From Protoeuglena noctilucae (Eukaryota), in the NCBI GenBank assembly GCA_958009085.1, contig OY253678.1, positions 744,001-808,000 on the forward strand: a stretch of 64,000 nucleotides of DNA, written 5' to 3'. A program made the position numbers and the translations under genes. Numbering within the stretch: the first letter of the stretch is position 1; the number at the start of each line of letters is the position of its first letter. The notes under the pieces were generated by a model. That model was not told the DNA's origin and ran no database searches. It saw only the letters and a list, made by a program, of their open reading frames with translations. Shown one piece after another: positions 11,518 through 25,000 of this stretch.

Positions 11518-14306
11518 TCAGGCCACGTCGGCTCTCTGCGCGGGAGCGAAATCGCAGATGATCACAGTCAGGGAGCCAAGGGCATGGCAGACACAGAGGT
11601 CGCCTCGTGTACACACCCCTGTGACCCCTCACCGAGGACCGAAAGGAGAGGATGCGGGAGAAGATGCCCGACTTCTTGGAGACGCGGGGGCCCGAGCGGG
11701 GCGACGGTGCGTCGTCATTGGGCCCCGGCCCGTCGGTCGCCATGGCCTCTGCGGGTAACGAAGCAGGCGGGGCAGGGGTCAAGGCAGCAGGGTGGGGTGG
11801 CTGGGGACGCGCTGCGGTCGTCGCCCACGCACCCGTGTAGTCGTCGGAGTCGGTCGCACACACGGCCTGTCCCCCGTGCTGGAGTGAAACATGGGCTGCG
11901 GCAGACGGGACGCCCGGGGCGGGTCCCACTGCCTGGGCTGCCCGGCGCCCCGCCGCCATCTCCGCCGCCACCGCCGCTGCGACGTTTGCCGCCGCAACCG
12001 GTGGGACCATGGCCGTCGCCATGTCGTTGCTGCGGCCAACGAAGGATCGTCCGTGTGGGCCGGGTCGCAGGAGGGCATTACCCAGCCAGGCCATGCCATG
12101 GCTGGCACGCGCTCTCACTTGGTCGCGGCGGTGGCCGCCCAGTCCATGGAGTTGCGATGGAAACCCCTCCCGTCGTAGACGATGGGACCTGGCATGGGGC
12201 CCTGGGGACGGGGCGGGCGGGCAGGGGTTGCCGACACATGGTTCGATCCCCAGCAGTGTCACACACCCCGTCGCTGTCGCGTCACCTTGGGCGCAAACTG
12301 GGCGGCGGCCAGTGCCCGGAAGGCGAGGGCCTCCGCGGGGCTGGTGCCGTCGGACGAGACGTGGATGCTGACGCCGGTGGCGGGGGTGGGCGGGGCGGAC
12401 GAGCACGTGTGGGCGGGGTCGGACGCCGCAAGGGTCTGGATGTGCTGCGCCGACATGCGGGCGATGGGCATGTAGCCGGGGCTGACCCCGAGGGACGCGT
12501 ACGAGCCGTTGCTGTTGCGGGACACCATCTGCGAGTGCATGGCCGCGCGGAAGTCCGCGGGCCCGCCGACCGAGAGGGCGTCGGTGCTGAGGCCTCCGGC
12601 CGACACGCGGCGCACGAGGCTGTCCTGCGACGGCAGGGCCTGCCGCGTGGGGCGCATGCCGATGAGCTTACCGGACAGGATGCCCGCGGGGAGGAACAGG
12701 GAGGGGTCGAGCTCCCTGCGGGCGGGGCCGATCGCAGGCGTGGGCGTCGGCCGCGTTACACACGGCCGTGCGGGTGCCAAGGGACCAGCCGGGCGCAGCA
12801 GATCAAAGCATAGCTCGCTGCGACTTGCCTGATGCGCTCCGGATTCATGTTGTTGAGGATCATGGGGTGCGCCGTGAGCTGCATGGCCGTCGGGCGCCGC
12901 CGGGGGTCACGCTCCAGGCACTTGGCGATGAAGTCCACGGCGTCAGGCGTCATGGTGGGCGGGAAGGAGGCCGTCCCGGAGCAGACCTGCTGGATGACGG
13001 CGTCCTCCGAGTCCCTGCGAGGGCACATGGGCGCACGGGCGTGTGGGCGTCAGCGGGGCGCACGGACTTCGGCTCTTGCAGCCCAGCTGGGGAAGCACGG
13101 CGGGCCGCACCCGTCGAAGGGGGCCTGGCGGGTGAAGAGCTCGTAGGCGAGGACCCCGACGGCCCAGATGTCGACCTCCTTGCCGTAATCCTTGCGCTGC
13201 GGCCGAGGGACCTTCTCCCTCCGCACTGCCGGGTCCTCTGCGGGGCACGCGCGGGGCGGGGCCGCGTCAGGAACAGCGGCGGCAGCCGCGGGGCGCGCGG
13301 CGCGGCGCGGCGGGCCACGCGCACGCGCCTGGGTCGTTGAGCAGGAGCTCTGGGGCCATGAAGTGGAGCGTGCCGAGGCGCGTGATGGGCCGCTGCTTGG
13401 ATACGTCGATGGAGAAGCCGAAGTCGGAGAGGAGGATGTGGGAGGAGCGGAGGAGGACGTTCTCGGGCTTGATGTCGCGATGGACGATGTTGAGCTCGTG
13501 CATGTAGGCGAGGGTGAAGACCAGAGGGCCTATGACGTACTTGGTCACGGTGCCCTCGTCCCGGCGGATCTCCGGCATGCGCTTGTAGAGGTCGCTGCTG
13601 GGAGCGAGCTCGAGCAAGATAAAGAGGTAACATGCGTCGATAAAGGCGGCAAAGAAGGCCAAAATGTGAGGGTGGTGCACGCGCCCGTGGATGGCGATCT
13701 CCTGCATCACGCTGTCCTGCAGGGCCCGGTTGAGCCTGCGCATGTCGTACACCTTCAGCGCGCACTGCAGGCGGGGCGGGGGGCAGCAGTGTGCTGCGGT
13801 GTGGGGCGTGCAGGGCTCCATGGGTCACGTCACAGCTGGCCGGCGCGCGTCGTCGCGCCATGCACGCGCCGCGCACGCGAGCGTTGCACTGCAGCTGCCG
13901 CCCGCGTCGCGCCCTGCCTCCGCACCTGCATGTTGGTCTTGGAGTCCAGCACCCGGTACACGCTGCTGGCCAGGCCCGACCCGATCTTCTCCACGCGCAG
14001 GAACCGATGCAACTGCCACGTGTCATGATCCGCCATTTGCGGGGGGCACGCGGAGCTGCGGGCGACGCGAGGGAGACGCGACGATCGCGAGGTTCCATGG
14101 GGTGTCTGCGATCCCTGCGCCCCGCTGTGCACCAAGCAACCGGGGCGGGCCAGCCTCGGCGACGCAAGCATACACCGCGACGGCTCGAGGCGACAGACAG
14201 CCTCGCGGGCCGTCGGGGCGCGCGGGGCAGCCCGTCACCTCACGAACGGTAGCGCGAAGGGGGCCCCGGGGGCCTCCGCCTCCGATCCGACCTCCGCGTC
14301 CGCCAT
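11518..14306 (-). CDS. Aurora-like Ser/Thr protein kinase with long C-terminal tail
   Basis: Motifs GSGLASSVY, ALKVY, HRDIKPEN, DFG, GTLHFMAPE, VDIWAVGV and PRRRPTA. The N-terminal SACPPQM..W segment resembles green-algal Aurora-like kinases. The 3' end is tentative. Confidence 0.88.
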
Positions 14307-15105
14307 GTCCTGCGCGTTCGCAGGGACTAGCGAGGTCATTCAGGCGCTCGGAAGGCGAGGAACGGAGAAGGTGCGGTCAAGTCAGGGCACGGCGAAAGGA
14401 GCGCCTCGGGCGACAGTGCGGGCGCGCGCGGCCCCGCCCTAATCTCGCTTTCGTCGCTAACGTCGAATGCCTCGACGGGCGATCGGCGGGGAGGGTCGCG
14501 ATCGGGCCTGGCGACCGGGGACGAGTCCGGCCGGGCACAGGTGGCCGCACGGCGCAGATGAGCAATTGACGACGCTCCCGACGCGCTCGACGAGCTCCGT
14601 CGACCGGTCAGCGGGCACGGGCCTGGTCGGTCCCCGCGCGCAAAAGGCGTCCCGGGTCCCTCCCCCCGGGCGGGACGAGCACCCGGAGAGCGCAAGGGAC
14701 CGCATCAGCGACTCACCGCCGCAGTCCCGCGACCCGGGCCCCACTCGTGAGGTGAAGTGCGACCCTGCGCCCCCAGAGCAAGCCCCCGTCGCCCGCGACC
14801 TCCGCGGTGACTCGAGTCTCGAGATGGGCGCTGCAGGCCCGACAACTCCCGACAGCCACCGGCCGGGGATCGGTCCCAGCCTCGGAGAGAACAATGCGCG
14901 CGGGGAGTCGACGCTGCGGCCCGCTCTCCGTCTGCATCGAGTCTAGAGCGACGCGGCCAAACTGAGCGCGACACGGGGGGGCGAGCCGGGGAGGAGATGC
15001 TTTGGGTACTGTCCTGCCAGAAGTGCCACTGTTGTGCCACCCGTAATATCTGGCCGGTTTCGAGGCGTCGATGGCGTTCTCAGCCTCCCAATGCCGGGAA
15101 TAGAA

Positions 15106-16178
15106 ATGATGACGACTTGGGCTGCGTGCCGTGCGTCGCCGGCGGTGGGTGCAGGCCCCGCTGCGTCGCGCCATGACAGGTCGGCCGTGGGTGCCGGCCT
15201 GGCCTCTTCGTCCAGGACACATCCTGTCGTCTGTCGGTATGGACTGCCGGCGCCGTCGTCGCGGCGTGTCGATGTCTGGAGAAGCCGTACCGCCCTTTGT
15301 GCGGAGGGCGAACGCGCGGCGGGGGTGGCGACGGCCGAGAGCACTGGGAGCGTCGACCGCGTCTTGGATTTGTGAGTCCGCATTCGTTTATTCACGGACA
15401 GCGGCTGCGCTGGCTCCGACGGTCGCACGCAGCTTTGAGGATCTGCAAACCTGCAAACCCTTCGTTTGCCATCGAACCCACGCTTGGCCGCTCGCAGGGA
15501 GCTCGACACGCGCCAGGCGAGGAAGACGGTGAAGCTGACGGTTCTGCCGGAGCTGGCGAACGCGATAGTGGTCGGGGCCGTGGCGGAGCGATGCGAGGCC
15601 TACGAGGCGGGCCTCCGACCCGGGATGCGACTCCTGAAGGTGAGGAAACCGGTCGATGAGGCAGCTTTAGCGACGCTTTTGATTTAGCGACTCATTCCCA
15701 ACCTCCCCGCCCGTCCCTCGCTTGTAGATTTCCGACCCCGCGCGGCAAGGCGAGGTATGGGACATTGTGGAAGGGTCGAGCTTCAAGTTCGTGTGTGATG
15801 CCATCAGATACCGGAACTTCGATACGATCTCCATGTCGTTCGGCGCGCCTCCGCCTGGTCTCATGGAGGCGCTGGCTGAGGGCGATGCGTCCCGGGTGCA
15901 GCGGTCGTCCACACCGGCACAACGACGCAAGAAGGCGCGGGAGGTGAGGCAGGGAGGTGCTGCTCAGACTCATGATGCCGGCACCGGGCACAGGGGCGGT
16001 TGAACAGGCTTGGGCTCCGCATTTGCAGGACTACATGGATCAAGTCGGGCAGCGGGACGACCGGGCCTTCTTCGCTGCGGCCGCCCTGTGCTTCATCGTC
16101 CCGGCCCTGGTCATGCTCGCGTGGGCCGCATCGGCCGGCTATCTCACCCCCAACACGTCCCTTTACAGCAGCTACTGA
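15106..16178 (+). CDS. Putative plastid-targeted protein with a PDZ-like segment and a C-terminal transmembrane helix
   Basis: Ala/Ser/Arg-rich transit-like N-terminus, IVVGAVAERCEAYEAGLRPGMRLLK|ISDP (PDZ-like) and hydrophobic FFAAAALCFIVPALVMLAWAA. Confidence 0.6.
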
Positions 16179-16243
16179 GCCAGCATCTACTGCGGCGGAT
16201 GCCACGCTTTTCTGCTCAAGTGGCACTTCCAGCTCCGCCACCC

Positions 16244-17444
16244 CTAGTACTTCTTCTTCTCCAGCACCACCTCCCAGAACTTCTGGTTCGACCCGTAGGC
16301 CGTGATGGCCGTCTTTTGGTTGACGTGGGGGTCGCCCGACCCCGGGTCCGGGAACAGGTCGAAGAGCTCGGGGGTCTTGCCCGGCACCCGGAACGTAGCG
16401 CTGCTCTTGTCGCCGCCCCCGCCGCCGCCCGTGGCCAGCCCCGCCACCTTCTCCATAGCCCCGAACCGCGCCCGCGCCTCCACGTACTCGCTGACGTCCG
16501 TCTTAACCTTATGCTGCACGGGCAGAGGTCATGGGAAACGCGTTGGAACTCGCGTCCACCCCGCGGGGCCTGGAAACGCGCCGCAGTGCCGCTCCGCGCG
16601 CCTTGCCTCGTGCCAGTCCTTGTTGCTGTCCTCCGGATGGGCGCAGTGGAGGTCGTGAGACGTGCTCTTGGGCAGCCCCAGGTACGACTTCATCGTGCCC
16701 GGGTTGACGCGCTTCCAGAGCGTTGCCGTCCGGTCGTTGAACTCCTCCTGCAGCAAAGCACAGGCGCGCAATGGGCTCATGTTCGGTGAAGCCCGGGCGA
16801 AGCCGCTTGGGCCGGCCCCGCTTCCCTGCAAGCAACACTTGCCTTTGTCCATGTCTTCATCTCCTCCCTTGGGGCCGTCCGGCTCGCGACCGTTCCGCTG
16901 TTGCCACCCATCGTCGCGTGCCCTGCCATGCGACCGTCCTCCGCAACCCACACGTAATGGCCCGCGGTCCCCGACTCCCCGCCCATAGATGACTTTCCGG
17001 AGGCGGCCGCCTCGTTGCCACTGGTCCTCTCTGCTGCGGCTGCTGCGCCGAAGGCGAGGTTTGCGGGAGGTGAAAGCCCCCGTTTTCATCCCGCTCCAGC
17101 GGATCGAGTGCGGCAGAGCTCACCTGCAACTTCCTTGACCGTTTCCTTAGGCGCCGCCTCCTCCCTCTGCTTCCACTGCCGGTCGGCGTTCCTGCACGGG
17201 GGGCAGCATCCAGCATCCCTAACCGGCCCTTTCCGCCGCGAGAGGAGAGGTTTAGACGATGGCAGGAGGTGGAATCTTGCTTATGCATCCTGCTGGAGAG
17301 AGGACTTTTCGCAAATGTCCCCCAGCGGCGTCGGCACCTGCCAAAGACACCGCGTGTCAACATGTGGCCCTCCTGCGCAGCGAAGTCCGTCCCATCCTGG
17401 CGAAAGGTCCATGACTGATTGAATGTCTTTGCAGTATAAGACAT
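16244..17444 (-). CDS. Hypothetical multi-exon protein, possibly ciliary
   Basis: Exons splice in frame: MSYTAKTFNQSW...NADRQWKQREE...KTWTK|EEFNDR...DWHE|HKVKTDVSEYVEA...EKKKY*. Two joins need GC donors (16842, 16606). Confidence 0.6.
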
Positions 17445-17799
17445 GGCTACGACACCCTCGTTGCCAGCCGCGTCGCGGCGCGCACAGCTTCAGTGAGCTC
17501 CCAGCCCAGCGAGGCTTGCGAGTGACAGAGACTCTTCCGTGCTCACCGTCTTCAAGCCAACATTTGCGTGTGCCCGTCCCTGCCCTCTCGCGTCGCCTTG
17601 GTCTGACAGGAGGAGCTGGCACAACCATCTGGCGGCACTTGCTGTTTCTGACTACTCAGCACCAGTCGCCGGTCGCGAGTTAGACAGCACACTGCATTCG
17701 CACGCGTGCCTGGATACCACAGCAGTACCTCGCCGAGGCGGCGCGCGTTCGGTGGACCTGATTGGCAGGGCGACGCCCCTCAAAATAGCACGGCCGAGA

Positions 17800-20022
17800 A
17801 TGCCGCCTGAGGGCCCGGACAAGAGCCTGGAGCTGCAGATGCAGATCCGCAGGAATGCCATGGAAATGCAGGAAGTATTCTCGGATTTGTTTGAGTGGGA
17901 GAAGGACATTGCGAAGAAGGTGAGCGTCATGCGCTCCGTGCGCGCGGACTACGGGGACGCTGGCCCGCGGATCTCGCGCAGGGGGATCCTTTCAAGCAAC
18001 GCTCGATCATGTCTCCCTCTCGCCTGCCTTGACTGCTCGAAATCGGGGGCATGAGCGGCTGGAGGCTGCGCTTTCCGTGAAACCAGCTCCATGCTTGCCC
18101 CACGCGATCCGTCTTTCCAGGACGAGGCGCTGCGGAAGCAATCGACGGCGAGCTCTGGCTCGGGAGCTGCCCCGGCCCCCCGAGGGAAGGCGGCTGGCCC
18201 CACCGGCCCGGTGGACGCTTCGCTGCAGCAGTTGCCGGCGGCCTTCCGCGTGCCGGGGGCTGGCGGGACGCAGCCCCCCGCACCTGGGACGAAAGTTCGC
18301 CGCAAGAAGGCCAAGGCCAAGCCCGCGCCGCTCCCGGCCTCCCACACGTACGAAAACTACCGCGACCGTTGGGACAAGTTCGACGTGGACGCGGCGCTGG
18401 CGGAGTCCGACGAGTCCGAGTACGAATGGGTGGAGGTGGAGGTGACGCTGCGATTGCCAAGCACCCAACTGCGCTGTCTGAGGAGGCGACCTCGAGAGAA
18501 CGACATCCTCGCATCGTGCTGCGCAGGCGGAAAATGCTAGCGGGACAGCAAGCGATGGGCCAGCGGATGCATCGACTGGAGGTGCCTCGACGGCGCCTGC
18601 GGATATGAGGGAGGTCTCGACGACCCGGGTGGCGGGGCCAGGGGCCGAGGTCGCGGGCACGTCCGGCGGGGCGCAGACATCGGCCCCATCTGGCCCCGCC
18701 GTCCGCGGGCAGCCGAAGACGGCGGACGAGTGGCGTGCGCGTGGCAACGACCTCTTTCGCGCGGGGCAGTTCGAGGACGCGGCGACGTGCTATGGCCGGT
18801 CCATTGATGTGGAGCCCACTCCACAGGCATACGGCAATCGCGCCCTCGCCCTGCTCAAGCTCCGGCGGTGGGCCGACGCGGCGCGGGATGCCGAGGCGGC
18901 CGTGGCGCTGGATCCGGCGTTTGTCAAGGGCCATCAGCGCGCCGCAGTGGCGAAGCTGGAGCTGGGGGACTTGGCAGGGGCCGTGCAGGTGACACACAAG
19001 ACGGGTGGCGGCGCAAGCGGCTGTGTGCTCGTCACGCATGCCATGCTCAGCGACAGCAGTTGTGCATGGGATGTCACTAACTGTGCTGATCATCGTTGGC
19101 GCTGTCGCTTGCCATGCCTTTTTGGTCACTCATCCCCGTCGCCATCTCTGTGCCTGATGCGCAGGACTTCGAGTCCGCCCTGCGCCTCGAACCGACCTCC
19201 CAGGCCCTTCGGCAGGACCGCTTGTCGGCGCTCAGCAAGCTGCTTGCCAAGGAGCGCCTTGAGAGGCCAGAGACGTACATCCGCGTGCCAGTCACGTTCC
19301 GGTCTGCAAGGGAGGGAGGGGCCGCGGCAGCGGCGTCAGCGGCACCCGCCATTGTGTCAGAGCGGGCTGCACCGGGCGAGGATCGTACGGACGATGCGGC
19401 TAGCCGCGCTGGGTTGCAGGACGGCCAGGCGGGGGCGGTGGGGTTGGCGCTGCACACGGCTGGGACATCTGGGGCGGGGCAAGCGCAGCCGTTGCAGACA
19501 GCGACGGGCGATGAAGGCTCTCCCTCCGCTGCCGACGCCCGCCCGGGGACCGCAGATGCCAGGGGTGGCTCCCAACACGCACCCCTTGCTGCCCCTATGC
19601 TCCAAGCGCGGGCGGCCGCAGCTGCGGTTGCAAGGGAGCGGGAGGGCGGCGCGCCTTGGGTGCCTGCGTCGGGGACGGAGCTGGAGACGCGGTGGAGGTC
19701 GGCCCAGAGCGCTGCGGCGCGGGCAGATATTCTGGCGGCGCTGCCATGCCAGAACCTTCCCGCGCTGCTGCGGTCCTCGCTGACCCCTGCATTCCTGAGA
19801 GACGCGCTGACGGTCGCGGCCACGGAAATGCGGGCCGCGCGCGGCGAGGGCCCGGCCCTGGAGCTGCTGCGCGCGCTGGTCAAGGTGCCACGTTTCGACA
19901 TCACGTGCATGCTGCTGCCGCGGGCGGACCGGGGCGCCGTCGCGGGGGCGTTCGAGCGGTGGGAGGCGGAGTCTGGCGAACCGGGGGCCGTGCGGGAGCT
20001 CAGGAAGACAATGAAGCTATGA
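17800..20022 (+). CDS. RPAP3: RNA polymerase II-associated protein 3 (TPR co-chaperone, R2TP complex)
   Basis: N-terminus SLELQMQIRRNAMEMQEVFSDLFEWEKDIAKK, YENYRDRWDKFDVD, TPR repeats (RARGNDLFRAG...YGNRALALLKL) and an RPAP3_C-like end (ELETRWR...LVKVPRFDITCMLL). Confidence 0.85.
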
Positions 20023-20164
20023 GGGCAAGCAGCATATGCTGCTATATGCTGCTGGCACAGTGTTTGAATCCACGCTTCAATTCACTCAGGCGCCATGCCT
20101 GGCTGACCAGGGCCATTTATAGCTTGCTGCTATAAAGCCGGCCTTTCACAGCAGTTTGCGAGTC

Positions 20165-23100
20165 TTAAGATAACCGAGCATCTCCGAGTCGCCAGTGTCC
20201 AGCAACGCTTTCCTGCAACAGTGGCGGAACGCACGGGACGGTCACATGACTCCCCTGTACATACACCCTCAACATCTGTCGGTTCGCCGATCGCCGCATG
20301 TCTGGGAGCGTCATGGCGCAGCGCAGCGGTGTCTTGCACCGGCGATGCCCTTGCCTGAATGCAGGGTCTCCCAGGTATTTCATGGCGATGACCATGCTCT
20401 CGTCGTCCTCCTCCTCTTCCTCGGGAAGCCCCACCCGCGCCCACGCCTCGGGCGCGCCACCCCGGACCGCCCGTGATGGCCCAGCATGCGCAGGGCGTGT
20501 GTGCGCGGTGGCGGAGGGCGAGTGGGCCAGGACGCTGTTGCGTAACGTCGCTCGGCTGGCCTCGCTGTCGGCCTCGTCCTCGGACATGTCGCTGCGGGGA
20601 GGGAGGCGCGGGCAGGGCCACGTGTCAGGTGGGCGTGGGCTGAGGGTGAACGCGACTTACGTGTGGCTTGGGGTGGGTGGAGCACGGATTGGCAGCAAAG
20701 ACAGAGAACCATGGCCTGGGATGATCCATTCCCGGACAGAGCGCGCTAGGTACATGGACACACAACTGGCCACATGAACCCCAGCGCCACCCACACCAAG
20801 TCTCGCCTGTCGGCCTCAGCCAGGGCAGCCACGCGGATGCGGGGCCAGTGGTCGGGCAGCGCGGCTCGGTGCGGCTCGTTCTGAACGATGAGCGGGGACT
20901 TGAGGGCCCCCGGCGGCAGCGAGGGGGGCTCCCCGAGGAGGGCGTCTCTGAACCTCGTCTCAGCTGGCACGTGGCTCGGCGCACCCCGCCCCTCCCCGGG
21001 CCCCGCCCCGTCCCCCGCGCCTTCGTTGTCCGGCACGTCCCGACTCGAGTCCAACCCCAGCGTGTCGTCGGCCTCGCACTCGCCCCGGCTAGCGGCACCT
21101 GCGCGGGACATTGGGCGATGCGGTGGGGCGGTGGCTTGGGGTGTGACAAACGCCGACGCAAGCCGCGCCACGCTTCTCAAATTTTTGCATTTACGGTGTA
21201 AAAGTACTCAATGGTCACAAAGTAGAAAGCTTTTCCTCCTCTCAGGCCCAGAGAGCGCAGCCCCAGCGCAAGTCTCCTCACCCGCCGCATCACGCAGCCT
21301 TCGCTCCGCCTCGCCCCCCGGCCGCGGCTCCTGACGCACAGAGACGGCGTCCGGCACCCTCACGTCCCCGGTGAGCCCCGCGCGCTCCACGCACTCCCGG
21401 TCGACGTCTCGAGGATCATTGCGACCCTCCCCCCTGCCCCGGGCCTCGTGCGACGTCCGGGGCTGCCCCTCGGACGAGCTGCCCCCGGCGCTACCCCCGC
21501 CGTCGATCTCCGCCGCGAACCGCATCATGTGGAGGTGACGCGCCTCGGCCACGGGGCCCAGGGGACTCGGGCATGACGGCGGAGTTGCCATGAGGGGCGC
21601 AGCGCCATTCGCTGACCGCACTCCGCCTGCGCCCTCGGCGGCGCCCGACCCCGCCTCGCCACCCCTCGCATCTGGCGTGGCCAATCCTGCATCAGCGCCC
21701 CTCGCCGGTCCCTCAGTCGCCCGCGCACCGCCCTCGCTTGCCTCCCCCCACAATTCCGCCCCTTGCTGCCGCCCCGCGCCACCGCCCTCTGCCCCGCTCA
21801 CGCCCCGTGCCCCGCGCCCGCTTTCCCGCGCGTGAGTGGGAGCGTGTGCGGCCCCGTCCCCGCCGGCCCGGCTCTCCTCTGCCGCCCTCCCCACTGCCTC
21901 CCGAATCGTCTCTACCGCCGCCCCGCCAGCCACGTCCCTCCGCTCGGCCCCATCGCCCGCCCCGCCCCTCGCCGCCGCCAGTCGCATCACGCAGTCCTCC
22001 AGACGCGACAGCTGGGCCCGCATCTCGCGTAGCTGCTCTGCTTGGAGCGCAATGACCCCCTGGGGGTCAATCTGGGCCATGCTGAAGGGGTACCTGTGGG
22101 GCCCCCGGGAGGCCAACCCCACGCCAGGGACCCAGCCGGGGAGCGCTGGCAGACCCCTCGACGCAGGATCCGACGCCTCGGCACCCTCGCGGCCCTGGCT
22201 TGGACCGTGACCCAAGGTCAACCCCCGTCCCTCGCGGCCCTGGCCCTGGTCTGGCCCACCCCACGCACCGTCCAGGGCAGCTGCATCTGCCGGGCCCCAC
22301 GCCGGCAGCGTCCTGACCACGTCCTCTCCGCGAGCCGCCCCCTTGTCGCGCTCAGCAGCGCCCGCCACGGCCGGCCCCGCACCGCTCGCCTTGGCACCGC
22401 CCGCCATGGCGCGCGGGGGCCCCAGCGCCACGACGTCCGCGTCGCGCGAGCTCATGCGCATCCCGGAAACGCCCGGCAAGCGACCCCGGATGCCCGCGTC
22501 TGTGGCAGAAATCCAGGACTGCGGGTGCCAGGACGGCCCGGGACGCGGCCCTGGTCGGACTTGGGTCGACGGCCGCGCAGCCACATCGACCGCCGTCTGA
22601 CCCGCAGGCCCGGCAATCTCCCACGCCGGCGGCGAGACCTTCTGAGCGGACGGCCCCGGCAGCGCTCGCTCCTCAGCGTGAGGGGGGTGAGGCTTGGGGG
22701 CGGCTGCGATGGCGCGGTGAGACAGTGGCCGGGGGGGCCCGTCCCTGCGAGGCGCGACGTCCTCATCCGAAGATCCGCGCACCGACGACGCCGCGGGCGA
22801 CGGCGCCCTCGCGTCTGGGTCACTGCACATGTCCGCACCCCACGGCCCGGCCTGTTGTGACGCACCCGGACCTGCCCCCACCAGCGCTGCGTCATCGGAC
22901 GCGGCTCGCGGCCGCTCTCGGGGAACCTCGCGGGCCCCCGGCGCAGAAGCACCGAGGGAGGTCGCCGCAGCACTCCACCCGGCAGACGGGGCCGCCAGGG
23001 GCAGGCGCGGCATGCACGTGGCGGCGACGGTACTGGGGTCGCCAGCCGCGGCGCTCCGTGGCACGATAGCCGTGAAGGTGAGGAGCGACACGGGGAGGCC

Positions 23101-24600
23101 GGGCTCCGAGGCGCAGCACTCGTAGCATGTGAGGTGCCAGGACCCGGGTGTCGCCAGGAGCAGGAGGAAGCCCTGGCGGGCACCCTGGGTGGCGCGGGGC
23201 GCGTGGGCCCGGCAGTGGAGAAAGTGCGTGCACGCTGCCCAGACGCGGGGGTCGGCGGGCGAGGTGGCACCGCTGACGTAGCAGCCGACGAGGGGGGCAG
23301 AGAGAGCACGTGGGTCAGAGAGACGGAGGGGTAGGATGCGGCGGTGCTGGTCCATCGTGAGGACACCCGCGTCAGGCGACACGCGCTCGCCGCTGCGGGG
23401 GAGAGGAGGAGAAGGAGTTGAGAGCGTCGGGTCACAATGGCACACAGTGGGGTGTTCGTCGCGACGTGTGCAGTTGAATATGCACGGAAGAGCGTGTCGC
23501 TGCGACGATGCGGCAGTGAAGCGAGTGCATACACTGAGTAAATGCTATCCTTCTCGCCGATTGCGGGGCGAGGGACGCACCGTGTGGCGGCAACGAGCTC
23601 TCGGGTGAGTGCCACATCGCAGGTGCGCGGCGTGTAGATCTGCGTGATCTCCAAGGTCGCGCGAGGCACGGCGACGGCCCCGTCCGCCACCAGCTCGTCT
23701 CCCGCGGGGCTCGGCTGCAGCGACAGCGCCGCCGGCATGGCTTGGAAGGGGTGCAGGGGGCGTGCCGCGTCCACAGCCGCCCGCATCGCACGGAGCAGCG
23801 CCACCACCGTCGATGCCTGCGAGATCGGGGCACGGGGTGACGCTGCCGTGAACACCTAGTCAGCCAATCTATGAGCCGTGCGTGTCGGTGAGCGGCTGTA
23901 GGTTCGCAAGCCAGCAATCGAGCGTTTAGGCAGCGCTGGTGGCCATCAGCGTCCGCACCTGCGCGAGTTCCACCTGCGACGCCGTCCGCGCGACTTGCTG
24001 CCCGCGTCCCGGGCCCTGCTCAGCGCGCATCAGCAAGACCATCGGGGCGCCGACGTTGGCAGGGACCGTCTCCAGCCGCGCCGTTCCGCCCGCCCAGTCG
24101 CTGCCTTCACCACCTCCGAAACACGAGATCGCCAGCTGCACGGCCCCCAGCAGTCCAGGGCCGCTCACTCGGTAGGTGCCGCCTGCTGGCGTGGGGTCCC
24201 ACAGAAACCCTCTGCGAACACCCGGGAACCCCGTTATCGGCGCGCGTGGGTCACGCGATGCAATGTTGTGATGCGATATTGCCCATCAAGAGCGACAGCG
24301 GGGCGACGGGCGACGCGCGCGGGGACGGCCAGTCACGACTCGCCTGTAGGCTGGGAAACGGACCTCGTAGAGGCCCGCGGACGGCACAGTCGCGGCTGCG
24401 GAGCTCATCGCGTCTGCAAGAACCAATGGCCCGCGCCGCGCGTCCTGTGAGGCCCCCTGCTCGCCGCTCCCGGCGGCCTTCTCTCTCGCCAACGTCTCCT
24501 CTTCGGCAGGCCCAGGTCGCGCACCATCCTCGCCCGGGAAGTAAGCTGAGCGCGTCCCCGGAAGCGGGAGGCTGGCATCGCCACGTCTGCGGGCGTCCAT
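20165..24600 (-). CDS. STIL: STIL/SAS-5/Ana2-like centriole assembly protein
   Basis: STIL_N-like motifs VRFPAYR|GFLWDPTPAG and GVLTMDQHRRILPLRLSDPRALSAPLVGCYVSG...VWAACTHFL...CYEC. Short central coiled coil IALQAEQLREMRAQLSRLE. STAN-like end WPRIRV...DMSEDE...SMVIAMKYL. Confidence 0.72.
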
Positions 24601-24992
24601 GCCCGGCAAGCCCGGCGAATGCGCGGTGGGGCCCGCCCGGCAATTGTAAACTCAGGGGCTTCGCCCAGCGGCTACAACGAGGGAACAGAGGCAGTGCCGC
24701 ACGCAGGAGTCATACGGGAAGCTAGGCGACTGCGCGGATGGTGCGGTGCGCGCTCAGCGAGCTCCCCAGACCCGGCAACAGGGATAGCGTCTCTGCAGGC
24801 CGCCCGTCGCCGCGAGAGAGCCGCAACCTGAGCCGGGCCGCAGATGTGCTATAATCTTCATATAATGTCAATAGAACGCTTGGCGCCCGCAAACACTCGC
24901 ACGGTTGAGTCGGGCGGGGCTTTCCCGCCAGAAGAGGTCAAGTTCCGACCGAGGCGCCCCTCCCTGGCCGCAAAGCTCCGGTTGCTGTCGTG

Positions 24993-25000
24993 CTTATAAA
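24993..25000 (+). promoter_or_regulatory. TATA-like box (CTTATAAA) in the divergent STIL/PPAT intergenic region
   Basis: Sequence match about 250 nt upstream of the PPAT ATG in otherwise GC-rich DNA. Confidence 0.35.
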
